Shown: positions 19,099 through 28,462 of the stretch, piece after piece | Numbering within the stretch: position 1 is the first letter of the stretch | Layout: each line of letters starts with the position of its first letter | Source of the DNA: Euryarchaeota archaeon UBA23 | Lineage (GTDB): Archaea; Thermoplasmatota; Poseidoniia; Poseidoniales; Thalassarchaeaceae | Reading direction: 5' to 3' | Length of the DNA stretch: 64,000 nt | Assembly: GCA_002498725.1 (NCBI GenBank) | Contig: DAIJ01000017.1 | Span: 15,512-79,511, forward strand | Translations under genes and position numbers: made by a program | The notes under the pieces: generated by a model | Seen by the model: only the letters and a program-made list of their open reading frames with translations | The model's database searches: none | Told to the model about the DNA's origin: nothing

Positions 19099-20065
19099 CC
19101 ATCTCCAATTTTATTTTTTTAGCTAATTCTAATGCACCATTGTCGCCTTGTGTAGCCAGTCTTCTAGCAATAAAGAATGCCTCATTTATCCTACCATTTT
19201 CAAAGTAATCAACTGCTCTTTCAAATTCAGAAATTTCTTCTTTTCCAACCTTTTCTTCTAAATCTTCTTTTATCTCTGGTTTTGATGCCATTTTTTCCAT
19301 TCTCTGCAAAAATTCCATTCTACTTTCTATAGAAGGTGCCTGCCATGATTTCTTCTTCTTACCATCAATGCCGTCCTCCATTCTCTTGCGAAACATTTCT
19401 CTTGCTTTAGACGAAGGCATGTGTGTTTCAGCTTGGTCATAACATAACCAAGCCTTATCCATCTCATTCCTTCTCTCATGTAGTTTCCCCATTCTATCCC
19501 ATGCCTCATGATTCGAGGGTCTCTGTGACAAAAGTATTGAGTTCAATTCTAGATACATATCTTCATGACCTCCATCTAGTAGACGCTCTAGTCTTCTAGC
19601 AAATAGGATATTAGCACGAGGGTCTCTAAAATCTAATTTGAGGACTCTTTCTCTGAATGATTCTACATCTTTTTTTGATTGGACAGAACTCCACCAATCA
19701 TCAGGATCTAGTGGATCAATTTTTAGAGCAGATTCAAACAATTTCTTCCCATTAATTACTAAATCCATTTGATCTATTTTTTCTAGTAATTCAGGATCTC
19801 TCCCAAGTACTAGAAAAAGATCTTGGAGTACTGCTTTTATGCCATTTTGGTCATTTCTAGCAATTTTAACATTTAATAAAACTCTCCAGTTTTCTGGATG
19901 TGTAAAATCATGAAGTACAGCCTGTTTTGCACTTTGTTCCGCCCAATCAATATTTGATTTTTGTGAGTCACTAATTGATAGAAATTTTTGTGCCTGACTT
20001 CTATGCCTGTTTCCAAGACTTCTTCTTGGATGCTGTAATTTCGCACCGATGTCTTTGTTGGGCAA
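19085..20065 (-). CDS. hypothetical helical (TPR-like) protein
   Basis: Long ORF. TTG start preceded by GAGGTG. Helical repeats and a Lys/Glu-rich C-terminal part. No family recognised. Confidence 0.5.
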   Translation of the reverse strand: MPNKDIGAKLQHPRRSLGNRHRSQAQKFLSISDSQKSNIDWAEQSAKQAVLHDFTHPENWRVLLNVKIARNDQNGIKAVLQDLFLVLGRDPELLEKIDQMDLVINGKKLFESALKIDPLDPDDWWSSVQSKKDVESFRERVLKLDFRDPRANILFARRLERLLDGGHEDMYLELNSILLSQRPSNHEAWDRMGKLHERRNEMDKAWLCYDQAETHMPSSKAREMFRKRMEDGIDGKKKKSWQAPSIESRMEFLQRMEKMASKPEIKEDLEEKVGKEEISEFERAVDYFENGRINEAFFIARRLATQGDNGALELAKKIKLEMDEDD

Positions 20066-20074
20066 ACCTACACC

Positions 20075-21346
20075 TCACAATACGCTTTCAAAGGGTGAGC
20101 GATCTATTCCGAATGGTATTGTGGCATCAATGCCTATTTTACTTGTAAGACCATCCTTGCCTCTACTTGGGTCTAGGCTAGATCCTTTTTGATCTGATAG
20201 AATTAGTGTATCTTCATCAGGTTGCCATCTAGTCATCAATGCCCATTCAACTCTTATCGGATCTGAGCAATCAATATCTGTATCTACTACGGTCACCGAT
20301 TTCATTGATTTATGTCCTGCTAATGCTGCTTCAATTGCTAGCATCCCATCTCCTTTCTTTTGCGGTTTAATGGCCACAACTGCAGACAACCAACCACTCC
20401 CTCCATCTGTCATATAAACATCTGAACAAGGAACAACTTCGTTAACTGCGGCCTTAATTGTAGGTGCCCTTGGAAGTCCCATCAGTGTTCGATGCTCTGT
20501 TTCTGCAGGTATTAGTGCGTGAAATATTGGGTTCTTTCTATAATAAATTGAATCGTATTCTATTACAGTCTCTTTACGCACGTCATCAACCGTTCCAGTA
20601 ATGTCGACATAAGGACCTTCATCATCTACATCTAATGTTATTCTCGCCTCCATTGCATATTCTGCGTCGGCTGGGACCAGAACTCCATTTGGTAACTCCA
20701 CTAATTCAAGTGGCTTACCATGCAGTCTTTCATGCAAAGCAGCAGCCACAGTCAACTCATCAAGATCATGTTCAAACGACATAGCAGCAGCCAGAAGAAC
20801 AACAGCATCGGGAGCATTTACTACCGCTATTGCTACTTCCTCTCCATTAGCATGAGCATTATCTGTCATAGTCCTGAGATGACGCGGTACAAATCTCGAA
20901 ACTGTATGGTTCGAGTCTCTAACGAATTGTCTATGGAATGACATGTTTCTAATTCCTCCATATTGTGCAATAATTACGGAAGCCGATTGATAACGTCCCC
21001 TATCTTCTTTGTAGTGCCATGGGATAGGAAGAGATTCAAGATTTACTTCCGTCTGCATTTGGTACATTACAGGAGCTTGTCCAGGTCCAACTATTTGTGG
21101 TTCTGAGGGATTTTCCATCGCCCATGCCAGGGTATCAATCAATTCACCCGGAGTTATGTCAAATAGTTTGCATAATCTATCGCGAGCAAGAATATTTACT
21201 GCAGCCTTTTGTCCTGGAGATTCGATAATATTTTCAAAAACCAGAGGCGCATGTTTGGCGGACTTAGATTTTTCATAAATTCCATGAATCACACTAACTT
21301 CATCAGTAATAATTTCAGCACCTGTAAGCAGATCCCTGAATGCCAT
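20075..21346 (-). CDS. UbiD-family (prenylated-FMN dependent) decarboxylase
   Basis: MAFRDLL...APLVFENI N-terminus, YQSASVIIAQ...IRNMSFHR, and overall UbiD layout and length (about 424 aa). The track start 21409 (GTG) adds 21 residues. Confidence 0.75.
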   Translation of the reverse strand: MAFRDLLTGAEIITDEVSVIHGIYEKSKSAKHAPLVFENIIESPGQKAAVNILARDRLCKLFDITPGELIDTLAWAMENPSEPQIVGPGQAPVMYQMQTEVNLESLPIPWHYKEDRGRYQSASVIIAQYGGIRNMSFHRQFVRDSNHTVSRFVPRHLRTMTDNAHANGEEVAIAVVNAPDAVVLLAAAMSFEHDLDELTVAAALHERLHGKPLELVELPNGVLVPADAEYAMEARITLDVDDEGPYVDITGTVDDVRKETVIEYDSIYYRKNPIFHALIPAETEHRTLMGLPRAPTIKAAVNEVVPCSDVYMTDGGSGWLSAVVAIKPQKKGDGMLAIEAALAGHKSMKSVTVVDTDIDCSDPIRVEWALMTRWQPDEDTLILSDQKGSSLDPSRGKDGLTSKIGIDATIPFGIDRSPFESVL

Positions 21347-21478
21347 CAAGTACACGCACAAGGTCATAAGTTTGAATGTTGGTGATGGAAGAGCGGTTGA
21401 ACCCCTCACCTAGGGTGAGTCCGTCACTCTCTTATATGGGGGGTAGGTCGGCTGGGCGTTCCTTAGAGGTGATTGTGT

Positions 21479-21919
21479 TTGGGTCGTGGACTATTCTCTG
21501 GGCCTAAGATGAAAAAGGATCGCAAGCGTTTCCGATGGAATGAGCGTAAATTTAAGAATCGTGAAACCAAGAGACGTCAAGGTGGTGTACTCAAACATGA
21601 CCCTTTGCGAGGATCTACGCAAGCAAAAGGAATCGTTATTGAAAAAGTCGGTATTGAAGCCAAACAACCTAACTCCGGAATCAGGAAGGCGGTGAAAATT
21701 TCTTTAATACGAACCGGTAATAAACTAACTGCATTCGCTCCCGGAGATGGAGCGATTTCCTTTATAGACGAACACGATGAAGTTCTTGTTGAGGGAATAG
21801 GTGGTAGAATGGGTCGTTCATATGGGGATTTACCAGGTGTCCGATTCAAGGTTATCAAGGTTAACGGCGTATCTTTAGATGAGATGGTTAGAGGAAGAAA
21901 AGAGAAACCGGTTAGGTGA
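21479..21919 (+). CDS. rps12: ribosomal protein S12 (uS12)
   Basis: [60 protein letters not shown] 21479 lies 7 nt after AGGTGA; TTG 21473 is an alternative. Confidence 0.92.
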   Translation: MGRGLFSGPKMKKDRKRFRWNERKFKNRETKRRQGGVLKHDPLRGSTQAKGIVIEKVGIEAKQPNSGIRKAVKISLIRTGNKLTAFAPGDGAISFIDEHDEVLVEGIGGRMGRSYGDLPGVRFKVIKVNGVSLDEMVRGRKEKPVR

Positions 21920-21923
21920 TATC

Positions 21924-22529
21924 ATGTCAGATGCAGATTCGCAACAACCTTCTCCAATTGCCGGCATTGGAACTATGGTTTTTGGAAAGTGGGATGCTAC
22001 TGAGGTTGTCTGTGGGGATCCCGGTTTGGCACCTTACATTAATTTGACAACAATAGGGACTCCACACAGTGGTGGACGCCATGCTAACGCTTGGTTTGGA
22101 AAGGCCAAATTGTCAGTTATTGAGAGATTCATAAATAATCTTATGCGCAGTGGCAAATTTAGTGGTAAAAAACAACATTGTGCTAAAGCATTTGAATCCG
22201 CTCTAGATAGTATAGCAGAGAGAACTGGTGAAAATCCGCTTCAACATTTCATAAATGCTATTGTTAATTCTGCACCTTGTGAAGAAACAACTAGGATTAA
22301 ATTCGGAGCAGTTAGTCAGCCAAAGGCTGTGGACTCTTCTCCAAGTCGTAGATTAGATGTGGCTCTTAGAAATTTATCAAAAGGTTGTGCTTCTGCCACC
22401 GCAAAGAGTACCAGAACTCTTGAACAAGGAATAATTTCTGAAATTAATAAGGCAGCAGCAGGAGATGTAAGTTCCTTTGCAGTTGGTAAGAAGGACGAGA
22501 TTGAGCGTATTGCGGCGTCTGCTCGTTGA
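21924..22529 (+). CDS. rps7: ribosomal protein S7 (uS7)
   Basis: Follows rps12. KLSVIERFINNLMRSGK...GKK and a C-terminal EIERIAASAR-type tail. ATG 21924 follows AGGTGA. Confidence 0.9.
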   Translation: MSDADSQQPSPIAGIGTMVFGKWDATEVVCGDPGLAPYINLTTIGTPHSGGRHANAWFGKAKLSVIERFINNLMRSGKFSGKKQHCAKAFESALDSIAERTGENPLQHFINAIVNSAPCEETTRIKFGAVSQPKAVDSSPSRRLDVALRNLSKGCASATAKSTRTLEQGIISEINKAAAGDVSSFAVGKKDEIERIAASAR

Positions 22530-22556
22530 TAACTGTCAATTACTATTCTTACTTGG

Positions 22557-22577
22557 TTGTATCACGAAGTGATACAA
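22557..22577 (+). other. perfect 9-bp hairpin in the rps7 - aEF-2 spacer
   Basis: TTGTATCAC-GAA-GTGATACAA, extendable by three G-U pairs. It lies 28 nt after the rps7 stop and 51 nt before the EF-2 ATG. Confidence 0.5.
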
Positions 22578-22627
22578 TTGGATTTATGAACCAATGTTAG
22601 GTCGCTGCTCTATCCAAAGGTGGTTCA

Positions 22628-24835
22628 ATGGGTCGTAAGGAAGACAATATCGCAAGAGCGACAGAAGTAATGCATCAGCGTGAACGTATTCGCAATCTAG
22701 CCATTGCGGCACATATTGACCATGGAAAGACCACTTTGTCAGATAATCTAATTGCTGGCGCAGGAATGATGTCTGAGGATCTAGCCGGAAAATCCCGAGT
22801 TCTTGATTTCGATGAGCAAGAGAGCGCTCGTGGAATTACAATTAATGCTGCAAGTGCATCAATGGTTCACAAAGTTGGTGATGACGATTATCTGATCAAT
22901 CTCATTGATACGCCTGGTCACGTTGACTTTGGTGGCGACGTAACACGAGCCATGAGAGCTGTTGATGGCTGTATCATTCTTGCATGTGCAGTGGAAGGAA
23001 CAATGCCTCAGACGGAGACTGTAGTCCGACAAGCTCTGAAGGAGAAAGTCAGGCCAGTTTTATTCATAAATAAGGTAGATCGACTCATCAATGAATTACA
23101 AATTGATGGTCCTGAAATGATGAAGCGATTCGAAAAAATAATTCTTAAAGTGAATAAATTAATCTCAACTTTCGCTCCAGAAGACGTGAAGAAAGATTGG
23201 CAAGTGTCAGTACAAAATGGAACGGTCGCTTTTGGTTCGGCCTACTATAACTGGGGTATGTCAATGCCTTTTATGGCAAAATCAGGCCTAAATTTCAAGG
23301 ATATTTTTGAGCATTGTGCCGCCGATGATCAAAAAGCATTAGCCAAAAAAGCTCCAGTCCATGAGGTATTGCTTGATATGGCAGTAGAACAATTACCTTC
23401 CCCTCTAATTTCTCAAAAATATCGAATCCCTAATATTTGGCAAGGAGATTTAGAATCTGTTGAAGGAAAGGCCATGATGGAATGTGATTCTAGTGGACCT
23501 CTTTCTCTCATGATAACCAAGATTTGGATGGACCCTCATGCAGGAGAAGTAGCAGTTGGTCGAGTTTATTCTGGATCTATTAAACACGGAGAATCTCTGT
23601 GGGCAATTGGTGGAGCAAAAGCGGAGAGGGTACAACAAGTTGCTATGATGGTAGGTGGTGATCGAATACAAGTTCCTGAAGTAACTGCAGGAAATATTGC
23701 AGCCATTACGGGAATACGGAGTGCAGCAGCTGGTGTAACTATCGCGCGTGACAAAGATGCAGAACCATTCGAGGCGATAAGGCATTACTCAGAACCGGTG
23801 GTTACTGTTGCTGTTGAACCAAAGGCTATGAAAGATCTACCTAAATTCATAGGAGCACTTCAGGGCCTTGCTAAATCCGACGCTTCTTTACAAGTTAAGA
23901 CTAATCAAGAAACAGGTGAAGCGCTTCTTGCTGGAATGGGTGAATTGCATCTTGAAATTACAGTCTATCGTCTTGAAGAAGAGCAGGGTATCAAAGTTAA
24001 GGTTAGTGAGCCAATTGTAGTTTACAGAGAGTCCGTTGAATCTAATAATTCTGGACGACCATTTGAAGGTAAATCACCAAATCGTCACAATCGTTTCTAC
24101 TTGGAGGCCGAGCCTCTTTCTCCAGAAGTTGTTCAAGCACTCCGCGAAGGTCATTTTGGAGACGGAACAATTAGAAATAAAGATGCCAAGTCCGTTGGAG
24201 ATAAATTTGCTGAATTCGGCATGGAAAAAAATTTGATGCGGAAGATTTACGCCATACATGGAACTAATGTTCTGGTAAATGACACCAAGGGTATTCAAAA
24301 TCTTCATGAAACTAGAGAACTAATAATTGAAGGATTCAATGAAGTCTGTAAAAAGGGACCTGTCGCAGATGAACCTTTGATGGGAGTAATGTTAAGATTA
24401 GTAGATGCTAAACTCCATGAGGATGCAATTCATCGCGGACCAGCTCAGACAATACCTGCTGTTAGGAATGCATGTAAAGGTGCTTTGATACGTTCTCGAC
24501 CGGTAATACTTGAGCCTATGCAAAATCTTCGTGTTGATGCTCCTAATGACGTAATTGGAGGTGTGACCAGAGAAGTTACTAACAGACGTGGAATAATTGA
24601 GGATATGCCAGTAGACGGCGGAACTGCCTCAGTAATCGGTAAGATGCCAGTGGCCGAAACATTTGGTTTCTCTAATGACATACGTGCGGCTAGTCAAGGA
24701 CGTGCTGTATGGAATACTGAAAATGCTGGTTTTGAAATACTACCAATTTCATTATTCGATAAGACTGTTGGTGAAATACGTGAACGAAAGGGTCTCAAAC
24801 CTGAAGTCCCTGTAGAAGCGAATTATTCTGATTAA
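22628..24835 (+). CDS. fusA: translation elongation factor 2 (aEF-2)
   Basis: AHIDHGKTTLSD, DTPGHVDF, NKVDR GTPase motifs. 735 aa, with a diphthamide-region sequence near the C-terminus. Confidence 0.95.
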   Translation: MGRKEDNIARATEVMHQRERIRNLAIAAHIDHGKTTLSDNLIAGAGMMSEDLAGKSRVLDFDEQESARGITINAASASMVHKVGDDDYLINLIDTPGHVDFGGDVTRAMRAVDGCIILACAVEGTMPQTETVVRQALKEKVRPVLFINKVDRLINELQIDGPEMMKRFEKIILKVNKLISTFAPEDVKKDWQVSVQNGTVAFGSAYYNWGMSMPFMAKSGLNFKDIFEHCAADDQKALAKKAPVHEVLLDMAVEQLPSPLISQKYRIPNIWQGDLESVEGKAMMECDSSGPLSLMITKIWMDPHAGEVAVGRVYSGSIKHGESLWAIGGAKAERVQQVAMMVGGDRIQVPEVTAGNIAAITGIRSAAAGVTIARDKDAEPFEAIRHYSEPVVTVAVEPKAMKDLPKFIGALQGLAKSDASLQVKTNQETGEALLAGMGELHLEITVYRLEEEQGIKVKVSEPIVVYRESVESNNSGRPFEGKSPNRHNRFYLEAEPLSPEVVQALREGHFGDGTIRNKDAKSVGDKFAEFGMEKNLMRKIYAIHGTNVLVNDTKGIQNLHETRELIIEGFNEVCKKGPVADEPLMGVMLRLVDAKLHEDAIHRGPAQTIPAVRNACKGALIRSRPVILEPMQNLRVDAPNDVIGGVTREVTNRRGIIEDMPVDGGTASVIGKMPVAETFGFSNDIRAASQGRAVWNTENAGFEILPISLFDKTVGEIRERKGLKPEVPVEANYSD

Positions 24836-24838
24836 TAA

Positions 24839-26524
24839 TCAGTTTATTCTTACTAATTGAAAATCAGTCATATCTCTTAGTATGTCTACAGCAGCGCTTT
24901 GTTCTAATTTATCGAGACAATCATGTGCTATACGATGGTGTTGCATAGCCCTATCCATGGCATACTGAATCGATCCGTTTTCTTCCAGTTCCTTTACAGC
25001 ATTGTTCAACTCACCCTTAGGATCATTTTCAGTTCCGAACAATTTCTTGAATGTTTTTAATTCATTACCACTTTCTAGAGCATGTATCGCGATTAGAGTT
25101 CTTTTTCCTTGTATTATATCGCTTCCTGCTGGTTTCCCTAGTGTTTCTGTGTCACTAGTCATATCTATGTAGTCGTCCATTATTTGGAAACATAATCCAA
25201 GATTAAGTCCCCATGATGCCATATTTTGTACCGTTTCTTTATTCGCTCCTGCAAGAATTGCTCCAGTTTCAGAGCAAGTCTCAAACATTGCACTAGTTTT
25301 ACCTGCAATCATAGCGATGTAATCTTCCTCTGATACAATTTCTCTATCTTCAAACTCAAAGTCTTCTTGCTGACCTTCAGCTACTCTTCTTACCATTTCT
25401 CCTATGGTGCTGACGACATGACGAAGGTGCGAATCGTCTATATTAGGACTATCTGCTAACATTTCAAAACCCAAAGCCAGCATCGCATCTCCTGCGTTAA
25501 TAGCCGTGGGGTCGTCATATGCTATGTGGACTGCATCCAACCCTCTCCTTATTGGGTCTTGATCCATTATGTCGTCATGGACTAGGGTGAAGTTGTGGAT
25601 TATCTCTATACATGCGCCAAGGGTATAATGTCCTTCATGTACATTACCCACTGCATCTCCTACTAAGTATGGGAGTATTGCACGTAGCCTCTTACCCCCT
25701 CCCTTGAAAAGATGCGACATTGCTCCACGCAATCTATCTTGTTTTATTTTAGAAAGATTATCTTGGATTACACCTTCGACCACATTTCTGTGTACTCCTA
25801 AGGTCTTCAGTAAATTATCAGTAGATCCACTTTTATCTCTAATTATTAATTCACCACATCTTATAATTTCATCCTTTGGTGATTTAATGATATCATCGAT
25901 ATTTGCATTCCCGTCATCAAGAAACTCCCTCACTATGGCTTCAAACCAAGGGGCTATGAGTTGATTTTTCCAACGTCCTTTGTGTGTCATCATTTCTTTT
26001 AATTGCTGATTATCTAACCAGTCGATAGCCTGGATTTCATTTTTATTGTAATTAACTTCACAATCAGCCTTCACAATCATGACATGATCTATTTCATGCT
26101 CTACCCATTCTTTATCCCATCTACACCTATATTCAAATCGTCCAATATGGTTAAAATTCCATTTTTCAGTAGTAGATCTTGAAATGCCTAATTCCTGCTC
26201 CAGTTTTCTTCTTGCAGCTTCCTTTAATGAATTGATATCTTTTGGATCTCCATCAATATCCAAGGGATGGCTACAGCATGAATTGGCCCAAACTCTAGGG
26301 AAGGTTATTTTCTCCCCCGATCTTTGTTGTACAAGCAAACGGTTTTGTGAATCATAAATGAGTACGCTAAATGCACGGTGTAAAATTCCTTCTTTACGAT
26401 GTGAATCTAATTTTGATACACAACCAATGACATTATCATTTGTATCAAGTGCAAGACAATTTTCTTCCATCATCTCAGCCTGTTCCTCATTGTAATCAAC
26501 AAGGTAATCTTGATCAGAAGACAT
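24839..26524 (-). CDS. bifunctional fusion: type-1 isopentenyl-diphosphate isomerase (N-terminal) and short-chain (GGPP/FPP-type) polyprenyl diphosphate synthase (C-terminal)
   Basis: N-terminal half: LHRAFSVLIYDSQNRLLVQQRSGEKITFPRVWANSCCSHP (IDI-1/Nudix). C-terminal half: GGKRLRAILP, first Asp-rich motif LVHDDIMDQDPIRRG, second motif FQIMDDYIDM. Confidence 0.85.
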   Translation of the reverse strand: MSSDQDYLVDYNEEQAEMMEENCLALDTNDNVIGCVSKLDSHRKEGILHRAFSVLIYDSQNRLLVQQRSGEKITFPRVWANSCCSHPLDIDGDPKDINSLKEAARRKLEQELGISRSTTEKWNFNHIGRFEYRCRWDKEWVEHEIDHVMIVKADCEVNYNKNEIQAIDWLDNQQLKEMMTHKGRWKNQLIAPWFEAIVREFLDDGNANIDDIIKSPKDEIIRCGELIIRDKSGSTDNLLKTLGVHRNVVEGVIQDNLSKIKQDRLRGAMSHLFKGGGKRLRAILPYLVGDAVGNVHEGHYTLGACIEIIHNFTLVHDDIMDQDPIRRGLDAVHIAYDDPTAINAGDAMLALGFEMLADSPNIDDSHLRHVVSTIGEMVRRVAEGQQEDFEFEDREIVSEEDYIAMIAGKTSAMFETCSETGAILAGANKETVQNMASWGLNLGLCFQIMDDYIDMTSDTETLGKPAGSDIIQGKRTLIAIHALESGNELKTFKKLFGTENDPKGELNNAVKELEENGSIQYAMDRAMQHHRIAHDCLDKLEQSAAVDILRDMTDFQLVRIN

Positions 26525-26584
26525 TGAAATCTGTTCTCGCGAAATGAAGCCTACATATAATCAAAATGGGTTTCTAACTAGTTC

Positions 26585-27382
26585 TCATGCCTCATTTACA
26601 ATCTTAGTGCCTATTGTGGAACCTTCTTCAATCAATTCTATAACTCTATCTGGTTTCCTGCCATCAATCATCCAAACATCACTAAGAAATTCAGAAATCT
26701 TCTCTGCGCTGCTAACTTTCAGTTTTATCCCCCCGGTGACGTCTATTCTAGAATCATGATCACCAGTTAATACTGATCCGGATTTCCATAAACTAATTAA
26801 TTTTGAATCTGAATTACCCGGTGGTGAACTAAGTAAACCCTCAGCATCTCCCAAAAGAAAAATAGCATGTGTAATATCTTCTATTTCCTTTGAAAATCTT
26901 ACCATTATGTCATCGCCTGATAATATCCCAAATTCTTTAGGTTTTTCACAATCTACTACGTCACCAAATGTAGTCTTAATCAATCCTTTTTCTTGACTCA
27001 TAAATTCCGAAATAGAACCAGTAAATTCCGGACCCGTACCATTAGCCCAATCAGATGGCGGATGACTTTCAGTCTTCAAATCAAAACTTTCTAATTCACT
27101 CCTTACCAATCCATTTAATCTTAACATATCTTTTCTTACTTCACACACCGCATCGAATTGACTATCTTCAATAGACTCAATTTTACCTTCTTTAAGACGC
27201 CATTTTTTTGCTTTCATGTGCCCGAAAGATCCTGCACCGTGAACAATGATTATTGAATGACCCAAATCAGATAAATCTCTTACCATTTGAGATAGATGCT
27301 TCATTTTTTCAATATCGGGAGTCATCAATTTACTCTTATCTGTAATTAGCCCGCCACCCCATTTCATGAGTATTTTGGCCAT
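26585..27382 (-). CDS. isopentenyl phosphate kinase (amino-acid kinase fold)
   Basis: KWGGGLITDK, IIVHGAGSFGH, ILSGDDI and RIDVTGGIKLK match the IPK pattern. Confidence 0.8.
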   Translation of the reverse strand: MAKILMKWGGGLITDKSKLMTPDIEKMKHLSQMVRDLSDLGHSIIIVHGAGSFGHMKAKKWRLKEGKIESIEDSQFDAVCEVRKDMLRLNGLVRSELESFDLKTESHPPSDWANGTGPEFTGSISEFMSQEKGLIKTTFGDVVDCEKPKEFGILSGDDIMVRFSKEIEDITHAIFLLGDAEGLLSSPPGNSDSKLISLWKSGSVLTGDHDSRIDVTGGIKLKVSSAEKISEFLSDVWMIDGRKPDRVIELIEEGSTIGTKIVNEA

Positions 27383-27526
27383 CTTACTCGTACTCTCGAG
27401 ACGAACCTCCTTCTTTGTCTTTGTTAGTGAATCGATAGTCTAGAAATATTAAAAATATCATAATAATCCAATTATATCTACATTTGAAATGGTCAGGTTC
27501 TTGACTCAGAGTATCTTCGAACCTTT

Positions 27527-27850
27527 ATGAGTGATGAGTCAGAGATTGAGATTTTCCAACGTTGGCTACAAAATCGTCTTGATGATGTGTCGCAAATTGG
27601 GGACGAAAAAGAGCGTGAAAGGATAACTAAGCAGATCCAGTATTCGATCCAGTCTTGTATAGAATATCGCGCTAGAAGAGATCTTGTTAGAAATATAGCT
27701 GATCCTTTTGTCACGAGAGAATCTCCAGTCAGGGTTGTACAGGAAGGCGAGGTAAAATCTACCACTCTCATTGATGGAGTATGTGACTCTTGTAGCGCTA
27801 AAATACCTGTAGACTTAGATTTCTGTCCATTATGTGGCCATCTTGAATGA
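27527..27850 (+). CDS. small zinc-ribbon protein, hypothetical
   Basis: C-terminal CDSC...(13 residues)...CPLC ribbon. Protein-like composition, unlike the mirrored minus-strand ORF. Confidence 0.5.
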   Translation: MSDESEIEIFQRWLQNRLDDVSQIGDEKERERITKQIQYSIQSCIEYRARRDLVRNIADPFVTRESPVRVVQEGEVKSTTLIDGVCDSCSAKIPVDLDFCPLCGHLE

Positions 27851-28453
27851 ATCATCTAGATCTGAACTATCGAAAACAGGGATTTGTGGACCTAATGATA
27901 GATTAGCAATATCTTCTTTTTTTAGATCCCAACTTTTAGCCTTTTGATGAAGAATTTGCGAATGTCCCATGGGATCAAGAAGCAATAATTCTACACTCGA
28001 ATTCCCGTTTTTAATTGAATTGATTTTTCCTATAAGTTCTTCACATGCCTCAACATCTTTTTTCCCTTTTTCTCCTTCTGATAATGCTGATCTGTAAATA
28101 ATTCCAATTGCATCTTCAAATCTTTTGAAAACCCCTTCTACATTAGAAACATATCCGGTTGCGTTATCGCCAGGTTCAACTTCTAGTCCCAATTCAACTA
28201 ATCTTACTGTGCAGGAAGAGGATCTAACTACTCTAGTTGCCAGATCATCAGCACTACTAACAATAATTGACCATGCACTTGGTTTCTTTCCTTCGGCGGG
28301 AATAAAGTCAGTATTTTTCCAACCACATGAATTACATACGATAGTCATTTCTGTATGTTCTCCAAAGTATGGTATTTCTGAAATATTTACAATAAGATTT
28401 AACCCCTCATTTGAATGACAGATTGGACATGGTTGATGAACAATACTTTCCAT
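27830..28453 (-). CDS. ZPR1-type zinc-finger protein
   Basis: CPICHS...EIPYFGEHTEMTIVCNSCGW zinc ribbon followed by a ZPR1-like beta domain. Confidence 0.75.
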   Translation of the reverse strand: MESIVHQPCPICHSNEGLNLIVNISEIPYFGEHTEMTIVCNSCGWKNTDFIPAEGKKPSAWSIIVSSADDLATRVVRSSSCTVRLVELGLEVEPGDNATGYVSNVEGVFKRFEDAIGIIYRSALSEGEKGKKDVEACEELIGKINSIKNGNSSVELLLLDPMGHSQILHQKAKSWDLKKEDIANLSLGPQIPVFDSSDLDDSFKMAT

Positions 28454-28462
28454 CCCAAAACC

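Noticed and set aside
27493-27855. 120-aa minus-strand ORF mirroring the 107-aa plus-strand ORF
   Set aside because: The two frames are almost exactly coextensive. The plus-strand product has a clean CxxC...CxxC ribbon and balanced composition, so I kept that one. The choice is not certain.
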